Counted from the first letter of the stretch, positions 32,094 to 44,099 are shown. The stretch: 48,736 nucleotides of DNA from Trichomonas gallinae (GCA_008369845.1 MRSU01010668.1:1-48736), one strand, 5' to 3'. The notes: a model not told the origin generated them from the sequence alone. Numbers and translations: made by a program.

Positions 32094-34427
32094 TTACGAC
32101 ATTTTCTGTTCGATTAAACTAATTAAATCATTTCTGGTTTGAGATATTGATTTATTGCTATAGGAATGAGACAGTTCCATCTGCTTGATTTTCCCGAGGA
32201 GTATTGCAGCTCCACCAGGATACTTGTTGACATCAGCACCTCTTTCAATCATGTATATCATGCAGTCCAAATCGTATTCTGCTCTGTACAGTGGAGTTTG
32301 TTTTAATGAGTTCTTGGCATTCAGATCGAGTCCGTAGTCAATCAACAATTTGAGGACATACAGTAATCCATCACAATTTGTGTTGCGAACATGTTTATTA
32401 AGTTCGGGATTGTCGAACAGAGTATGGAGCAGTGTGTTTGAATTCTCTTTTTTCATAGAAATGTCAGCGCCGAATTCAATATACAAGCATGCAAGATAAT
32501 TGTGTCTGTAAATCATTGCTTCAAAGGGCGTTTTCCCATCAGCATTCTTCTGATTAATATCAACGCTCCACTGAAGGAAGTAGCTGATTAATTCGCGTGC
32601 GTCTGGATAATAGAAATTTGCCTTATGGAAAACATTGCATCCTTTAGTATCGACACCGGATGGGTCAAATATTCCTTCTTTAAAAGCTTTTTCTAATTCA
32701 GGAATAACTTCTTTTGTAAGCTCCATTGTGATCATATTATTATACATTTCTTGTGGATCTTTTGTTATGGGAAGTATCTTAGGGAGCAAAACTAAGGATT
32801 CGATACAGTGTAGCACGATATCAAACTTGAGGCCTGTAGCAAGTACTTCATCGAATAATTTCTTAGTCGAGTCTAAAATGATTTTCTTTTTCTCGAATTC
32901 CTCGGGATTCTGATCACGTTTTATGGCATAATAAGTGAGATTTTGTATTAATATGTCAACAACATTATGCAAACTATCTGATTTGGATAAATCTGGTTTG
33001 TATTCCATGAATTTATTAAGAACTTTAGCATTGTTGATACAATGAGGTAAAGAACGGCGAACAATCGTGGAAATTAAATCAAAATTTTCAATTATTTCCT
33101 TACTGATCTTGGCTCCATTTTCAATCCAGCATTCAAGCCGTTCAAAATTGTCTACATTTTTAATTATTGGACTATCTTTGGTATCAAAAAATTTCATGAA
33201 ATATTTGTTTTTTGCAAATGTTGGAATCATTTTCTTCGGAATGTTATTTAAACTAAACGTGGGAAGATCAGATGTGTTGATGTATTTGACATTTTTATCC
33301 AATAATGTAATGAGATATTCCAGAAGTTTGAAATTGCACACCTGGAAACTCAATCGTATAAGTTCAATAACGTCATTTTTAAGATCGAGAACATTCAGAC
33401 CTATGAGGAACTTGATAATGTCTGGTGTTGTAGATCTAAGATCATTAATGTCGAAAGCAACAGTTGCCTTCTTCAAAACGAGGTATTTGACGACTTGCAT
33501 CATATTGTTTTTGATTGCACATGAAAATGCGCATTCTCTATCTGATGTAGTAATGTTGATGTCAACGCCTTGTTCTATGAGGTATTTCATGATATCTAAG
33601 TGTCCTTGAGTGGCAGCTTCGACGAATGCATTGTATTTTCTTGCCTTTACGTTGAACAATGCGCCTGCTTCAACAAGAGCCTGTACACAAGACAATGAGC
33701 CTACTCTGGCAGCGTATACTATAGCGGTTTCTCCATGCTCGCTGATTTGATTGATTTTTGGTCCCAATTTAAGCAGGAAGTTAACTATATCAGCATTTCC
33801 GCTCTCAGCAGCGTTCATAAGAGCTGTCTTATCTTTAATGAATATATCCATGTGTTTTTTGAAGTCATCGAATTGTTCGTGAATGAACTGAACGATTTCA
33901 AATGATCCAGATCTGCAGGCGAGATGGACACATTTTGGTGTAAAAACGAAGCCTTTCGACCAAATGTATTTCACGCAGTCTGCGTTTCCATAAGATATAG
34001 CATAGTGCATAGGTTTTGTACTATAATTATAATCATATGATCGATTTTGATCTTCATCTTCCTGTGCGAAATCATTATACTTTCGTAAAATCTCCAATTT
34101 TCCACCGGCAGCGGCAAAACATTGTACTGTCTTTGAGATAGCATCTGTTTTGGTATCATCTGCTGACATATTCATTAATAAATCGAAACAATTTTCTGAT
34201 CCGAAAAATGCAGCAATATGAAGTGGTCTTGGACAGCTACTTAATATATTAGGATACTTAAAATTGCTTGGTTTCTTTACATGTAAATTCGGATCGTTGT
34301 AAGTATTAAGTATTTCAGCTAATGCGTCAGCATCATCTTGTAGGATTAGTTCGAAGATTGAGTTCGAGTCTTCTTGGTTATAATATCTATCCCCCCAATA
34401 GTGATTGTAACAATGGAAGTTAAACAT
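32094..34427 (-). CDS. Ankyrin-repeat protein with N- and C-terminal repeat blocks
   Basis: PLHIAAFFGSENCF, KTALMNAAESGN, GETAIVYAARVG, GKTPFEAM and QTPLY. Confidence 0.92.
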   Translation of the reverse strand: MFNFHCYNHYWGDRYYNQEDSNSIFELILQDDADALAEILNTYNDPNLHVKKPSNFKYPNILSSCPRPLHIAAFFGSENCFDLLMNMSADDTKTDAISKTVQCFAAAGGKLEILRKYNDFAQEDEDQNRSYDYNYSTKPMHYAISYGNADCVKYIWSKGFVFTPKCVHLACRSGSFEIVQFIHEQFDDFKKHMDIFIKDKTALMNAAESGNADIVNFLLKLGPKINQISEHGETAIVYAARVGSLSCVQALVEAGALFNVKARKYNAFVEAATQGHLDIMKYLIEQGVDINITTSDRECAFSCAIKNNMMQVVKYLVLKKATVAFDINDLRSTTPDIIKFLIGLNVLDLKNDVIELIRLSFQVCNFKLLEYLITLLDKNVKYINTSDLPTFSLNNIPKKMIPTFAKNKYFMKFFDTKDSPIIKNVDNFERLECWIENGAKISKEIIENFDLISTIVRRSLPHCINNAKVLNKFMEYKPDLSKSDSLHNVVDILIQNLTYYAIKRDQNPEEFEKKKIILDSTKKLFDEVLATGLKFDIVLHCIESLVLLPKILPITKDPQEMYNNMITMELTKEVIPELEKAFKEGIFDPSGVDTKGCNVFHKANFYYPDARELISYFLQWSVDINQKNADGKTPFEAMIYRHNYLACLYIEFGADISMKKENSNTLLHTLFDNPELNKHVRNTNCDGLLYVLKLLIDYGLDLNAKNSLKQTPLYRAEYDLDCMIYMIERGADVNKYPGGAAILLGKIKQMELSHSYSNKSISQTRNDLISLIEQKMS

Positions 34428-34696
34428 TGGAAAAAATGAAATATGACTTAACTTTTTAAAAAAAGTGAGGTAAGGAACTTCACCTTTTTCATAAAAATTT
34501 ATGACATTACATTTGACTATTTGACACTTTACGTGTCAACTTCATAAGATAAGTTCCAGACATAGATGGCATCTGCATTGGCAGAAAAATCAAATACCTC
34601 ATATTATGGGATCCAATATTTTTAATTCACGCATTCACTTCATAATGGAAAACGATTTTATTAAATGAATTTTGCAAAAAAAAAAGTGACTTTTCA

Positions 34697-35150
34697 ATGT
34701 CGAGACTGTAAATGATAAATCTATTTTTCGAGCATGTTCATATCATAGTAGAATTTGGTGAGAACAACAGTTATAGGTCTGAATTCTGAATGAAATCATC
34801 AAAATTCTGCATTTTGATGTTAAAGCTTTGACTTCTGCTCCATTAGAAGGTGAACATGAATTTGTCAAACACTACTTACACTCATGGAATAGATGTTAGT
34901 TCAAATGAAAATAACAGAGAAGCGGCTTTGATTGAAGCTATTAAAGAAGGTCACTCTGATGTTTTCAAACTTTTTCTCACAGATCCTGTCAATGCAATGA
35001 GCTCATTCAGTTTTTATTTGGGCTTCATATAATGATCATCTTGAAATTATTAAACTCTTTTTCCCAATTGCTGGAATAAATCTCAATGCAAATAATGATT
35101 ACAATAAAAGAGTATTAGTTGCTGTCTTAGAATATAACTATCATGATATT
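34697..35150 (+). pseudogene. Ankyrin-repeat pseudogene relic ('PGIDVN' subfamily)
   Basis: Across frameshifts: KALTSAPLEGEHEFVK / HGIDVSSNENNREAALIEAIKEGHSDVFKLFLTDP / FIWASYNDHLEIIKLFFPIAGINLNANNDYNK. An M2 motif (34683) and ATG (34697) remain upstream. Confidence 0.8.
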
Positions 35151-36135
35151 TTATTAATTTATGCATTTTTACACTCATTGTGAAGCCATTATGATTCCTT
35201 ATAAATTGTCAACATATCAATGCTGATCTAGATTTTTCTTCAAATCATATGTTTTTTTGCAAAACATTAAGATATTAACGTCTTTAAAGTCGAACTGCTT
35301 GTGTGTTAATCTAGAGAAATTTGCATTGTAAAAAGGTCGAGTTGTCAAACCTAAAGAAAAAAAAAAGATTATAAGTAAATTATGTATAAGAATGATATGT
35401 AATGTTAGTATTAATCTCGTACATGTGTGTAATCAATAAGAAATCACCTTTAATCTATAATAGAGATTTGAACTTCAGAATCAGCCAAACATTCTAAATT
35501 TTAATGCTAACATGGTTTTCTATGTCTAGGCATATCAAAAGCAAAAGTAGATAAGTCCGTAAAAGCATTTAATTTTCTTGAACTTTCAAAAGTGACAAGA
35601 TTAAAATTTATCGAAAAAGATTTTATATTTGGATGTCATTAATGTAAATTTCGAAAAATGTAAAATTGAATGTTAAAATATTTTTATTTCCAAGTTCATA
35701 AATATTGCTCCACATGTACTTCTTAACATATTAATTACAATATTTTATTCGAAAGATTAAACTGGAATTAAAATACTGCAATCTATATCAAAACAATACT
35801 AGTATAATATAAATAATTCAATAATTATCAAAATTTTACACCGTATATATTATAACCTATAGCATGTTAATATCAAGATCGCAATAATTTATAATAAAAT
35901 AGTAAAATGGAAAAATTATCTTTTGATAATGTTAAAGCAGATTTTGCTAAAATAGCCGATGACGATAGTAATAGATAACCATTCAAAATTAGCAATATTT
36001 TCAATAACCAACACAAGTTTTGAATGCTCACAATGTCAGATGAATTTTTTTCGGACCACGAATATAGCAAATATTATATACAACTAATAATAATAGATCG
36101 ATTTTCAAATTGAGAGGAAAACAAAATTAAAAGTG

Positions 36136-37095
36136 ATGGACGAAGTAACGAAGCTATTGAGTGATCATGGATATGATATGTGCTTCGAGATTGGGCATGG
36201 TACGTTCTCCCATTGCTATGTCTGTTACAGTCATAGATATGGATGTCAATTCGTATGCAAAGTCATTCACATTGAATCTGAAGAGAAGAGAAAGAGATTC
36301 ATAATGACATTCCATCAGGAGTTAGATGCTTTAGTGAAACTCGTGCATCCCAATATCATTAACGTTTATGATTCTTTCGCAGAAGGCAATTATTATGTTT
36401 TAGTCCTTGAATATTGCCAGAACGGAAGCTTGGAAGATTTAGTTAATAGCAAAATACCCATTGATCAAAAGTTATTGCTAGCTTACGTTAAACAAATTCT
36501 TGGCTGCCTATCATACATGCACGAGAACGACATATGTCATCATGACATCAAGCCATCTAACATCCTTATTGATAAATTCAACAGAATAAAGTTCGCTGAC
36601 TTCGGAATTTCGCAAATTCTGAAAAAAGACGAAAAATCAATGGTCTTTGGCGGATCTGTTGCATTTATGGCACCTGAACAATTCCTTAAGAGCCCATACA
36701 ACTCATTCAAGGCAGATGTCTGGTCATTTGGTGTTACTCTTTATATGCTAACATTCGGAACGCTGCCATTTATGGCCCACAATGTAATGGACATGTACAG
36801 TCTTATGGCATCAGGCAAATATGCTCTTCCTATTAATTGCCCGATGGAAATTAGAAAATTATTATTGCATTCTCTTGAGCCTGATGTTGAGAGGAGATGG
36901 ACATCCAAGCAGTTGTATGAGTTTGCTTGCTCATCTTCTAGCTTTGCGGAAAAGTCTCCAATTGCTCCAAGAGCTAAATCACTAATCAACGGTAGATGCT
37001 TCTCCCTTCCACGCTATGAGCATCGCCTTAGCATTTTCCCAAGTCTTGTTGTTCCTGATATCACAAAGAAAAAGATTCGTAACCAAATTATGTAA
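36136..37095 (+). CDS. Ser/Thr protein kinase, CAMK-like, non-RD
   Basis: GHGTFS, VCK, HPNII, HHDIKPSN, DFG, APE and DVWSFG. First ATG at 36136. Confidence 0.93.
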   Translation: MDEVTKLLSDHGYDMCFEIGHGTFSHCYVCYSHRYGCQFVCKVIHIESEEKRKRFIMTFHQELDALVKLVHPNIINVYDSFAEGNYYVLVLEYCQNGSLEDLVNSKIPIDQKLLLAYVKQILGCLSYMHENDICHHDIKPSNILIDKFNRIKFADFGISQILKKDEKSMVFGGSVAFMAPEQFLKSPYNSFKADVWSFGVTLYMLTFGTLPFMAHNVMDMYSLMASGKYALPINCPMEIRKLLLHSLEPDVERRWTSKQLYEFACSSSSFAEKSPIAPRAKSLINGRCFSLPRYEHRLSIFPSLVVPDITKKKIRNQIM

Positions 37096-37702
37096 TTTAA
37101 TCATGTAAATGTGTATTTATCATGTTTAGTAATTTTCTATCTTTTTGGTTTTTTCTGATTTCACCAAAATGATTTCAATATTTTTTTTGGTCCATGAAAT
37201 AAGTCATGAATCTATTGTATCTAATATTAGCACATGTATATATGATGAATGGTAACGATTATCGCATGTTTTCACGCAATAATAAATAATCAAAAAATAA
37301 TTTATATCAATTTAGAAGCTCACAGCAATATATTAGATATGTATTAGATAAAAATAATAACTTATCTACTATGTATGCTCTAAGACAAGTATATTATGGA
37401 ATTCACATTTTTTTCACATCAAAATACTGATTTTAACAAAGTTAAATGAAGTAGAAAGATAGATATTTATTATTTAAGTACAATTCTACATTGCCATAAA
37501 ATAACTTCAGTTTGATGAGAGAAAAATAATTGGTTTTATAAATGAAGGCCATTCTTTGAATAGGCAATAACAGTGTATTGTTCTTTCAATGATTAGCTAG
37601 GAAATTTGCTCATTTGTTATATAAAATTGTTATGAAATATAATAAACCACTAAATATATAAAATAACATAGAAAAACATATTTAAAACAATACAATATAA
37701 AT

Positions 37703-38581
37703 CTAAAAACTTGATACTTGGCGAATTCTTGCATGGGAATGAGATTTTGCAATTGGAATTCCGAATAAAGCCGAAGAAATTGGACGAATAAGGCGTGGCT
37801 TTCCAATTTCGATTTTTGACCTTAATAGAGCTACAATATCGCTAATTTTAGGCCTTTTCTTTGGATCAACTTGAAGGCACATGTTTACGATGTTCCTGAG
37901 CGTTTCATCCTTGATTAAATCTTTGTTGTATGACGCTGTTTCCATGGATTTAAGCAATTCTGCCTTTGAGTTCAAGCGCCATGGAAATTGTCCTGTTATT
38001 GTGATAAACATCGTAACTCCGAGGCTCCAGATGTCTGGTGCGAATCCTTCGTATGGTTCTTTCTTGAGAATCTCTGGGGCTTCGTAAACAAGAGTACCAA
38101 CAAATTCTGAGTTTGATTCATCTTCTTTAACACGTTTGGAGAGGCCAAAATCGCATATTTTTACGCGTCCATACTTGTCGATCAGGAAATTTGATGGTTT
38201 AACGTCTCCATGAAAAACTCCGTAATCATGGCAACTTTTTAGAGATAAAGCCATACCGAACATCAGTTTATACATCTTTTCCATTGTTATTGGCTGGCGC
38301 TCGAATATTAACTTATCTAACGAATTGGGACAAAATTCCATTAGCAAATATACACAATCATCATGTTTGTAGTATTTGTAGAGTGGAACTATATTGCTGG
38401 ATTTGATTTCAATCATACACTGTATCTCATTCTCATTAAATTTGTTTGCTGGAATTCTTTTGATTGCAAAATCTTCCTTATAAGCATCAGAATGCACTTT
38501 GTATACTGTTCCATATGCGCCCCTGGCGATACTGTTTACGAATTTTAAGCCGAATCCTTCGAATATCTGCGCAATGTCCAT
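37703..38581 (-). CDS. Ser/Thr protein kinase, CAMK-like, non-RD; close paralog of 23396..24292
   Basis: HGDVKPSNFLIDKYGRVKICDFGLSK. Shares FNENEI..MIEI.S.NIVPLYKYY with the 23.4-kb kinase. Confidence 0.93.
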   Translation of the reverse strand: MDIAQIFEGFGLKFVNSIARGAYGTVYKVHSDAYKEDFAIKRIPANKFNENEIQCMIEIKSSNIVPLYKYYKHDDCVYLLMEFCPNSLDKLIFERQPITMEKMYKLMFGMALSLKSCHDYGVFHGDVKPSNFLIDKYGRVKICDFGLSKRVKEDESNSEFVGTLVYEAPEILKKEPYEGFAPDIWSLGVTMFITITGQFPWRLNSKAELLKSMETASYNKDLIKDETLRNIVNMCLQVDPKKRPKISDIVALLRSKIEIGKPRLIRPISSALFGIPIAKSHSHARIRQVSSF

Positions 38582-39799
38582 GAATGAAAATATTTGATAA
38601 GTCGTAAAAAATATTCAATACTAAGATTTTGCAAATTTATTATATTTAAATGTTTAGATATTTAGCTGCATATAAGATTTTTTTCTATTTTCAATGAAGA
38701 CTCTGAATAAAATCTTAATTGAAGAATATTGCTGTATGATGTCTGTAAGTGATAAATATATCAAGATTTAAATTGAGAAATTCAAGAAGTAAAAATCGAG
38801 AATTTTGGATTTGGTTATATAATATAGATGGATGATGATTTATCCATTGGATCGCTTTCAAATATTTGTTTGATTTTTGAAACATTTGAGAGTCTCACAA
38901 AATATCTCAAAAGCGTTTGCACTTTTAGAAAAATTCTGTGTAAGTTTTTGAGTTTGTGCACAATTTTTCGTTGATTATCTTGAAGAAAAGTGCTCAATAT
39001 ATATGGATATATAATATTAAAACAATTGTAAAAAGTAGCTTCACAGAAAAATAGTTTTAGTATCGTTAAATTTTATAGTAATGAGCTCTTCATTGTCATA
39101 TTAATGCGAGCTTTGGATTTTGAAAGGGGATAGTTCTGAATTGGATTAAATACGTTATTTTGTAAAAATTTTCTAAAGAAATTCTGTTGAAGTTTATTTT
39201 TGAAAATATATAATATTGATATAGTAAGCAGAATATTTTATACAGAAAAATTTAAATAAAATAATGTAAAAATTTGGCACAGATTTATCAGAACTGTAAT
39301 TAAAAATAGGCCTATATATCAATGCGGATCGATTTTAAAAGGTTTCCAACGAATAGGCCGTAGAAAGGCAGCGTAAAATTCCGTTTTGATTCTGTCGACA
39401 AGCACAAATGGCTTTCCTCTGAATATCTATTAATATTCTTCAATATGGCTAAATAATACTTGCATAACAGAAATTTAATTTAATAATAAAGATTTTCATT
39501 TGATATGATGAGAGAACGCACTATAAGTTGATGTGCATCATGATAATAAGTTTCGTGAGACAATGTCTCTTATTACAGAATAAAAAATTGATTTCCGAAC
39601 ACATTTTTTAAAGATTCAAGAATTTTAATAGCTGCAATAGACTATATTGTCAATAAATATGAATTTGGTAACATAACTTAAAGAATGTAAAACGATTCGA
39701 AAAATTTACAATATGATAATAAACTTGTTTTTGGATTATTTGGTTAAGCCATTAAATAAATATTTTGATTATAACATAAAATCCATGGATACAACAACT

Positions 39800-40531
39800 T
39801 TATTGATAACAAAATTCGATCGAACAATAATTTTGTATATTAAAAAAGGGAAGGGGATCGGAATTGATGGATGGAGAGTAGTTAACTACAGTTGGCTCTT
39901 CAGGAAAGTCAACGCAAAGTTCTTCGTCGAGATCTGCTGATTCAAATTCCTCATCTAGGTTATCTGTGATAGATACAGTCTCAGACTGTTCATCTATAGT
40001 CAGATATGAGCATGAATCTGAAAGATCACTCGAATAAAAAGATTCGTCGTGAAGTTTTGAAATGGCTCTGATCATTGATGAGTCTAAAGGTGGCCTTAGG
40101 TCCATCAGATAATCATTGATTTGATCAAACATCTCTTTGATTTCTGGAATTAAAATCATTAATGGCTTCAAAACAGGGGAATCCATATATTGCTTCAAGG
40201 TTTTGATAGCATCATTGAATGTGTCTGGAGGTATAACATGGATATTAAGGAATAATGAAAAAATTTCAACCAGCAACTTATTTGGTGTTTGAAATATTGT
40301 TCCATTGGACTTTTGTATATATAAATACAATATAGATCCATTCTTGCACCCGATATCCTTCAATAAAACATCATCTTGGAGCAATGTACCGTTGAAAATT
40401 AATTTCATTTTTCTTGTTGGTATTTCTATCTGTTTGAACATCTCATCCTTAACATCCCCTGCCCTCATATCATCTTCATAGATGACGCAGAAATCATTTA
40501 CTAGTGACGCACGAACTATTAAACAGTTCAT
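39800..40531 (-). CDS. Ubiquitin-like (UBL) domain protein, possibly ubiquilin/Dsk2-related
   Basis: N-terminal UBL (KMKLIFNGTLLQDDVLLKDIGCKNGSILYLYI) without di-Gly, a helical middle and an acidic tail. Confidence 0.8.
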   Translation of the reverse strand: MNCLIVRASLVNDFCVIYEDDMRAGDVKDEMFKQIEIPTRKMKLIFNGTLLQDDVLLKDIGCKNGSILYLYIQKSNGTIFQTPNKLLVEIFSLFLNIHVIPPDTFNDAIKTLKQYMDSPVLKPLMILIPEIKEMFDQINDYLMDLRPPLDSSMIRAISKLHDESFYSSDLSDSCSYLTIDEQSETVSITDNLDEEFESADLDEELCVDFPEEPTVVNYSPSINSDPLPFFNIQNYCSIEFCYQ

Positions 40532-41483
40532 AATTTACTTTGAAATTAAAAAAGCACGCAGAATTCGACTTTTGAATTCAAAAATTATTTTAGCAGAAAG
40601 TTTGCTATATATTAGCAGCACATCAGTCATTTTTAATTTGAAAGAAAGCGTAAAAACGTGCTGAAAAGAAATTGAATACTTCAATGATTTACTGATTGAT
40701 TTAAAAACAAAGATCTTTGTATAAGGATTAAAAATAATGATTTTTTAAACAGCAAAATTTGAATTCGGTTCTCAAAAGCAAATTTTTGAGAAGAATAATT
40801 CTCATTCAATTTTTTAACTTTTATTAAAGCTCATTGAATATTTTTCGTGATGATTCAGCCATAAACACCTAATTCCTGTGATTATTTATTTTAAAATTTT
40901 CTGTTCATTCTCAAATTGATTAAATTAGTAATATATATATTGTTTATTTGAGTATATTTTTAATATCAAATTGATAAAATTCAGATCATTAATTTTATCA
41001 TATTTATGGATTCCTCATGGGTTTATAGATAATGACATCGTTAAAACTTTTCATAATCAATGTCAAAATTTCATTGAAAACAAGAAAAAAATAATGTGAT
41101 TGAATAAAGCTTTGTATTCACTACTATAACTCTCTAATAGATGCTTTTCATACGATATTTATTGTTTTATTAAACTTCTTTGTGACTTTCATAAAAGAAT
41201 TCGTTTTACTGATTGTTATGTATTGAATATATATATATTTGTTCTTTCGATTACTAATATATAAACTATTCATCAAAATCTCCAATATTTTACAATTTTC
41301 ATTGATTTTGATTCATGAAACTAAATATTTTTGATACATAATGGATTAAATTAGATTCTATTTGATTTAAAATATATTGTTCACCTATTATTTTTTAATA
41401 ATCTATAGAAAAGAGGAAAAATAATTTATATGTTTTGAATTAAATAGATATGCATATGTCGATACGATAAAAACAAACAAATT

Positions 41484-43916
41484 TTATTTAACAAGCTTTC
41501 TAGAGTTAGTCGGGCTGATTACAGGCACAACAGAAGACAAAAGAGAAATGAATCTGGACAAAAGAAGGAAAATAGTTGAATTCACTTTGGAAGACGCAAT
41601 ATTATTAAGGACTTTGTTCATCTCAGCAACATTTTCCCTTAATGTTGAAAACCATTTATCACTTCCTATTTCTAGAGTTCCTAGACTGCGTTCAAGAACA
41701 TCAGCGAGTGGCCTAACAGCAACAAGTGAACCTTCAAGTACTTCCAGTCGAGAAGCTCTGTCCATCAAAATATTCAGTGGTTCTTCTGATTCTTTTGCTT
41801 TAAAAGTCTTGCGAACGAATGCTTCGGTTATTGCTTTTCTAACATTTTCTGCTACAATGTCGAAATATTTGTTGCATTGATCAATTAAATCTTGTAAATC
41901 AGAATCAGAATGAGCATCAATGATGTTTGCAGTTGATGCGATCTTTTGGTGGAGCTGCTTAACCGAATTTTTCAGCTTTGAGCTTTGGTTTGGTGAAATT
42001 TTCTGCGAAATTCCTTCAAATAAAACTTCAAACTGAGAAATGTAGTTTTTTCCTGCATGCAGGATAGTAGGAGTGTTTGGAACATTGGCCATGCCATGTA
42101 GAGTTGCATAAACTTGGTTCAAAGTTTTGTATGAAGCTGATTGACCGACAACATCAAGTTTTTCGAGCAAAATTGAAATAGATTCGGTTAAACTTTCTGT
42201 TTCTGGGTATGTGTTTAGGAAATCTCGCAGTTTTGCATCTGTTTTGATTAAAGTTGATTTATAACTTTGATAAATGGATTCTACCTTTGTGCTTATAACT
42301 GCTCCTTCTACATTGAACAGCTTCTTTACCTTTTCATGGTCATCTTTCATTTGCTCAACAAAATCTGAAATTTTGTCAACTGTTTCAACATCTGAGTCTA
42401 CAACTTCTGCACCCAAAGACTGTGCTAGCAGGCAGATCCTATCATGCAGTTTCTGCGTCTGAGCGTTTGAAAATTTTTCAAATTCAGATTCTAAGTAATT
42501 AAACCTTTGCCGCATCTTCTTGATCTTATCTATGCACTCCCTGTGGTTCTTAGAAGGGAATAAAGCTTTAATTTCTTTTTCGAATTCTGAATCTTTCGGC
42601 ATTTCGACCTTTTTCGGCTCTGATTCCTTCTCTGCCCTTTCTATCAAGTCACTTAGAAGCTGATTGAAGCGAGGAACAATATCTTTATCTTCAATTATGT
42701 GAATTTCCGTGTCATTGGCTTTTAATTTCATCAAATCTATTGATTGTATCAGAGCTGCTCTGTATTGCGTTAAGTTTTCGAGATTTTCTCTTTGAATCTT
42801 TTCTCTAGACTTGATTTGTGCAAGAGATCTTTCGAGATCTGCGATTCTGTTCTTAGATGATTCGATATTTTCTTCATCAAACTCGTCAGCTTTTGTTGCT
42901 GCAATATCTAAAATTTGAATTAAGAATTTCTTGTCTTCTCCGCCATCTCTTATATATCCTGTTGTTCTTCTCAGCAATTCTGATATTGTTGCATACTTCG
43001 CAATGTTGAACTCAGGAACTTTATCTGGTTGATCATTTTTCTCATTTCCTAGATAGTGATAAAGCCCATTTTTCTTTGATTCCTTGTCGAGAACATTCTC
43101 AAACTCTTGCTGGTACTTAGTAACTCTGTTAATATCTTCTTCAAACAATAAAATCGATTTCATTCCGTAAATTATGTCGCTGCACGCGTTATATGCTTTC
43201 AAACGCAATGCTTCGATCTCATTAGCGTTGATTTGTAGTGTAGAAAACTCATTCCTAAATGCAGAATTAATTGTTCGAGAATAATTTCTCAATTCTGTCG
43301 TTAATCTTCCCTGGCTCTCCATAGACTCTTGCTTCCTTATTATCTGGAAAACGGACGTCTTAATGGGCACCAAAATCATCGTCATTGTCTGCAATCTCTT
43401 GATTATCGGGTCAATCGTTCCGCAGTCGTCTGCTTTGAGTCTGATGACGTTCATTGTATCGTTTATTATAGAGAAGCTCGCCTCTACTGTTTCCTCGATA
43501 GATTTCGTGCCTGTCGTCATTATCTGCGAAATTACTGATTTTAAAGTCTCGAAAGACCTAAAGAAGGGCAGGGCGGCTGCAACTAAGGATTTGGCAGGTG
43601 TAGTTGATGACGACTGTGACTGTCTCTTCGGATTTCCGAGTCTGCTTAAACAAGAGTGAAATTCGCCAAATAATCCATCGATTTCGGTAATTTGTTTGGA
43701 AAGTGCTGAGTGGAATGATACAGTTTCGCTATTATGGGTGAGAAAGATCGACACTGAGTCCATCAGGCTCTTAAATGCTTGTTTTAGCGTTGGTGTGTTA
43801 TCATTGTCAATGGGAGGCAGCCCTTTAACCGATTTGGAGAAGTTCCCCGACTGCAGTGACTTCACTTTAGACCGTCTTGCGCCAGTTGCTGTTCTCAGAC
43901 GAGGCTCAAGACTCAT
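41484..43916 (-). CDS. Hypothetical helical/coiled-coil protein
   Basis: 810-aa ORF, helical and heptad-rich, with the stop in TAAA context. Confidence 0.85.
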   Translation of the reverse strand: MSLEPRLRTATGARRSKVKSLQSGNFSKSVKGLPPIDNDNTPTLKQAFKSLMDSVSIFLTHNSETVSFHSALSKQITEIDGLFGEFHSCLSRLGNPKRQSQSSSTTPAKSLVAAALPFFRSFETLKSVISQIMTTGTKSIEETVEASFSIINDTMNVIRLKADDCGTIDPIIKRLQTMTMILVPIKTSVFQIIRKQESMESQGRLTTELRNYSRTINSAFRNEFSTLQINANEIEALRLKAYNACSDIIYGMKSILLFEEDINRVTKYQQEFENVLDKESKKNGLYHYLGNEKNDQPDKVPEFNIAKYATISELLRRTTGYIRDGGEDKKFLIQILDIAATKADEFDEENIESSKNRIADLERSLAQIKSREKIQRENLENLTQYRAALIQSIDLMKLKANDTEIHIIEDKDIVPRFNQLLSDLIERAEKESEPKKVEMPKDSEFEKEIKALFPSKNHRECIDKIKKMRQRFNYLESEFEKFSNAQTQKLHDRICLLAQSLGAEVVDSDVETVDKISDFVEQMKDDHEKVKKLFNVEGAVISTKVESIYQSYKSTLIKTDAKLRDFLNTYPETESLTESISILLEKLDVVGQSASYKTLNQVYATLHGMANVPNTPTILHAGKNYISQFEVLFEGISQKISPNQSSKLKNSVKQLHQKIASTANIIDAHSDSDLQDLIDQCNKYFDIVAENVRKAITEAFVRKTFKAKESEEPLNILMDRASRLEVLEGSLVAVRPLADVLERSLGTLEIGSDKWFSTLRENVAEMNKVLNNIASSKVNSTIFLLLSRFISLLSSVVPVISPTNSRKLVK

Positions 43917-43960
43917 TTCTCGCTAAATCGTTATAAATTTTATATAAAAATTCAAAATAT

Positions 43961-43989
43961 AGGGGCGTGAAAATATATCCAGGGGGTAG
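43961..43989 (+). repeat. G-rich bipartite motif GGG(C/T)GTGAAA-N8/9-AGGGGGTAG, copy 1
   Basis: AGGGGCGTGAAAATATATCCAGGGGGTAG; second copy at 44557-44585. Confidence 0.55.
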
Positions 43990-44099
43990 TATTCCGTATA
44001 ATCGAAAAATTGTCCTATTCCATTATACACAATAGAAATGTGATATTTGGATGTAGCATGATGGATACAAGGATTAATGATAGGAATAATCTTCATAAT

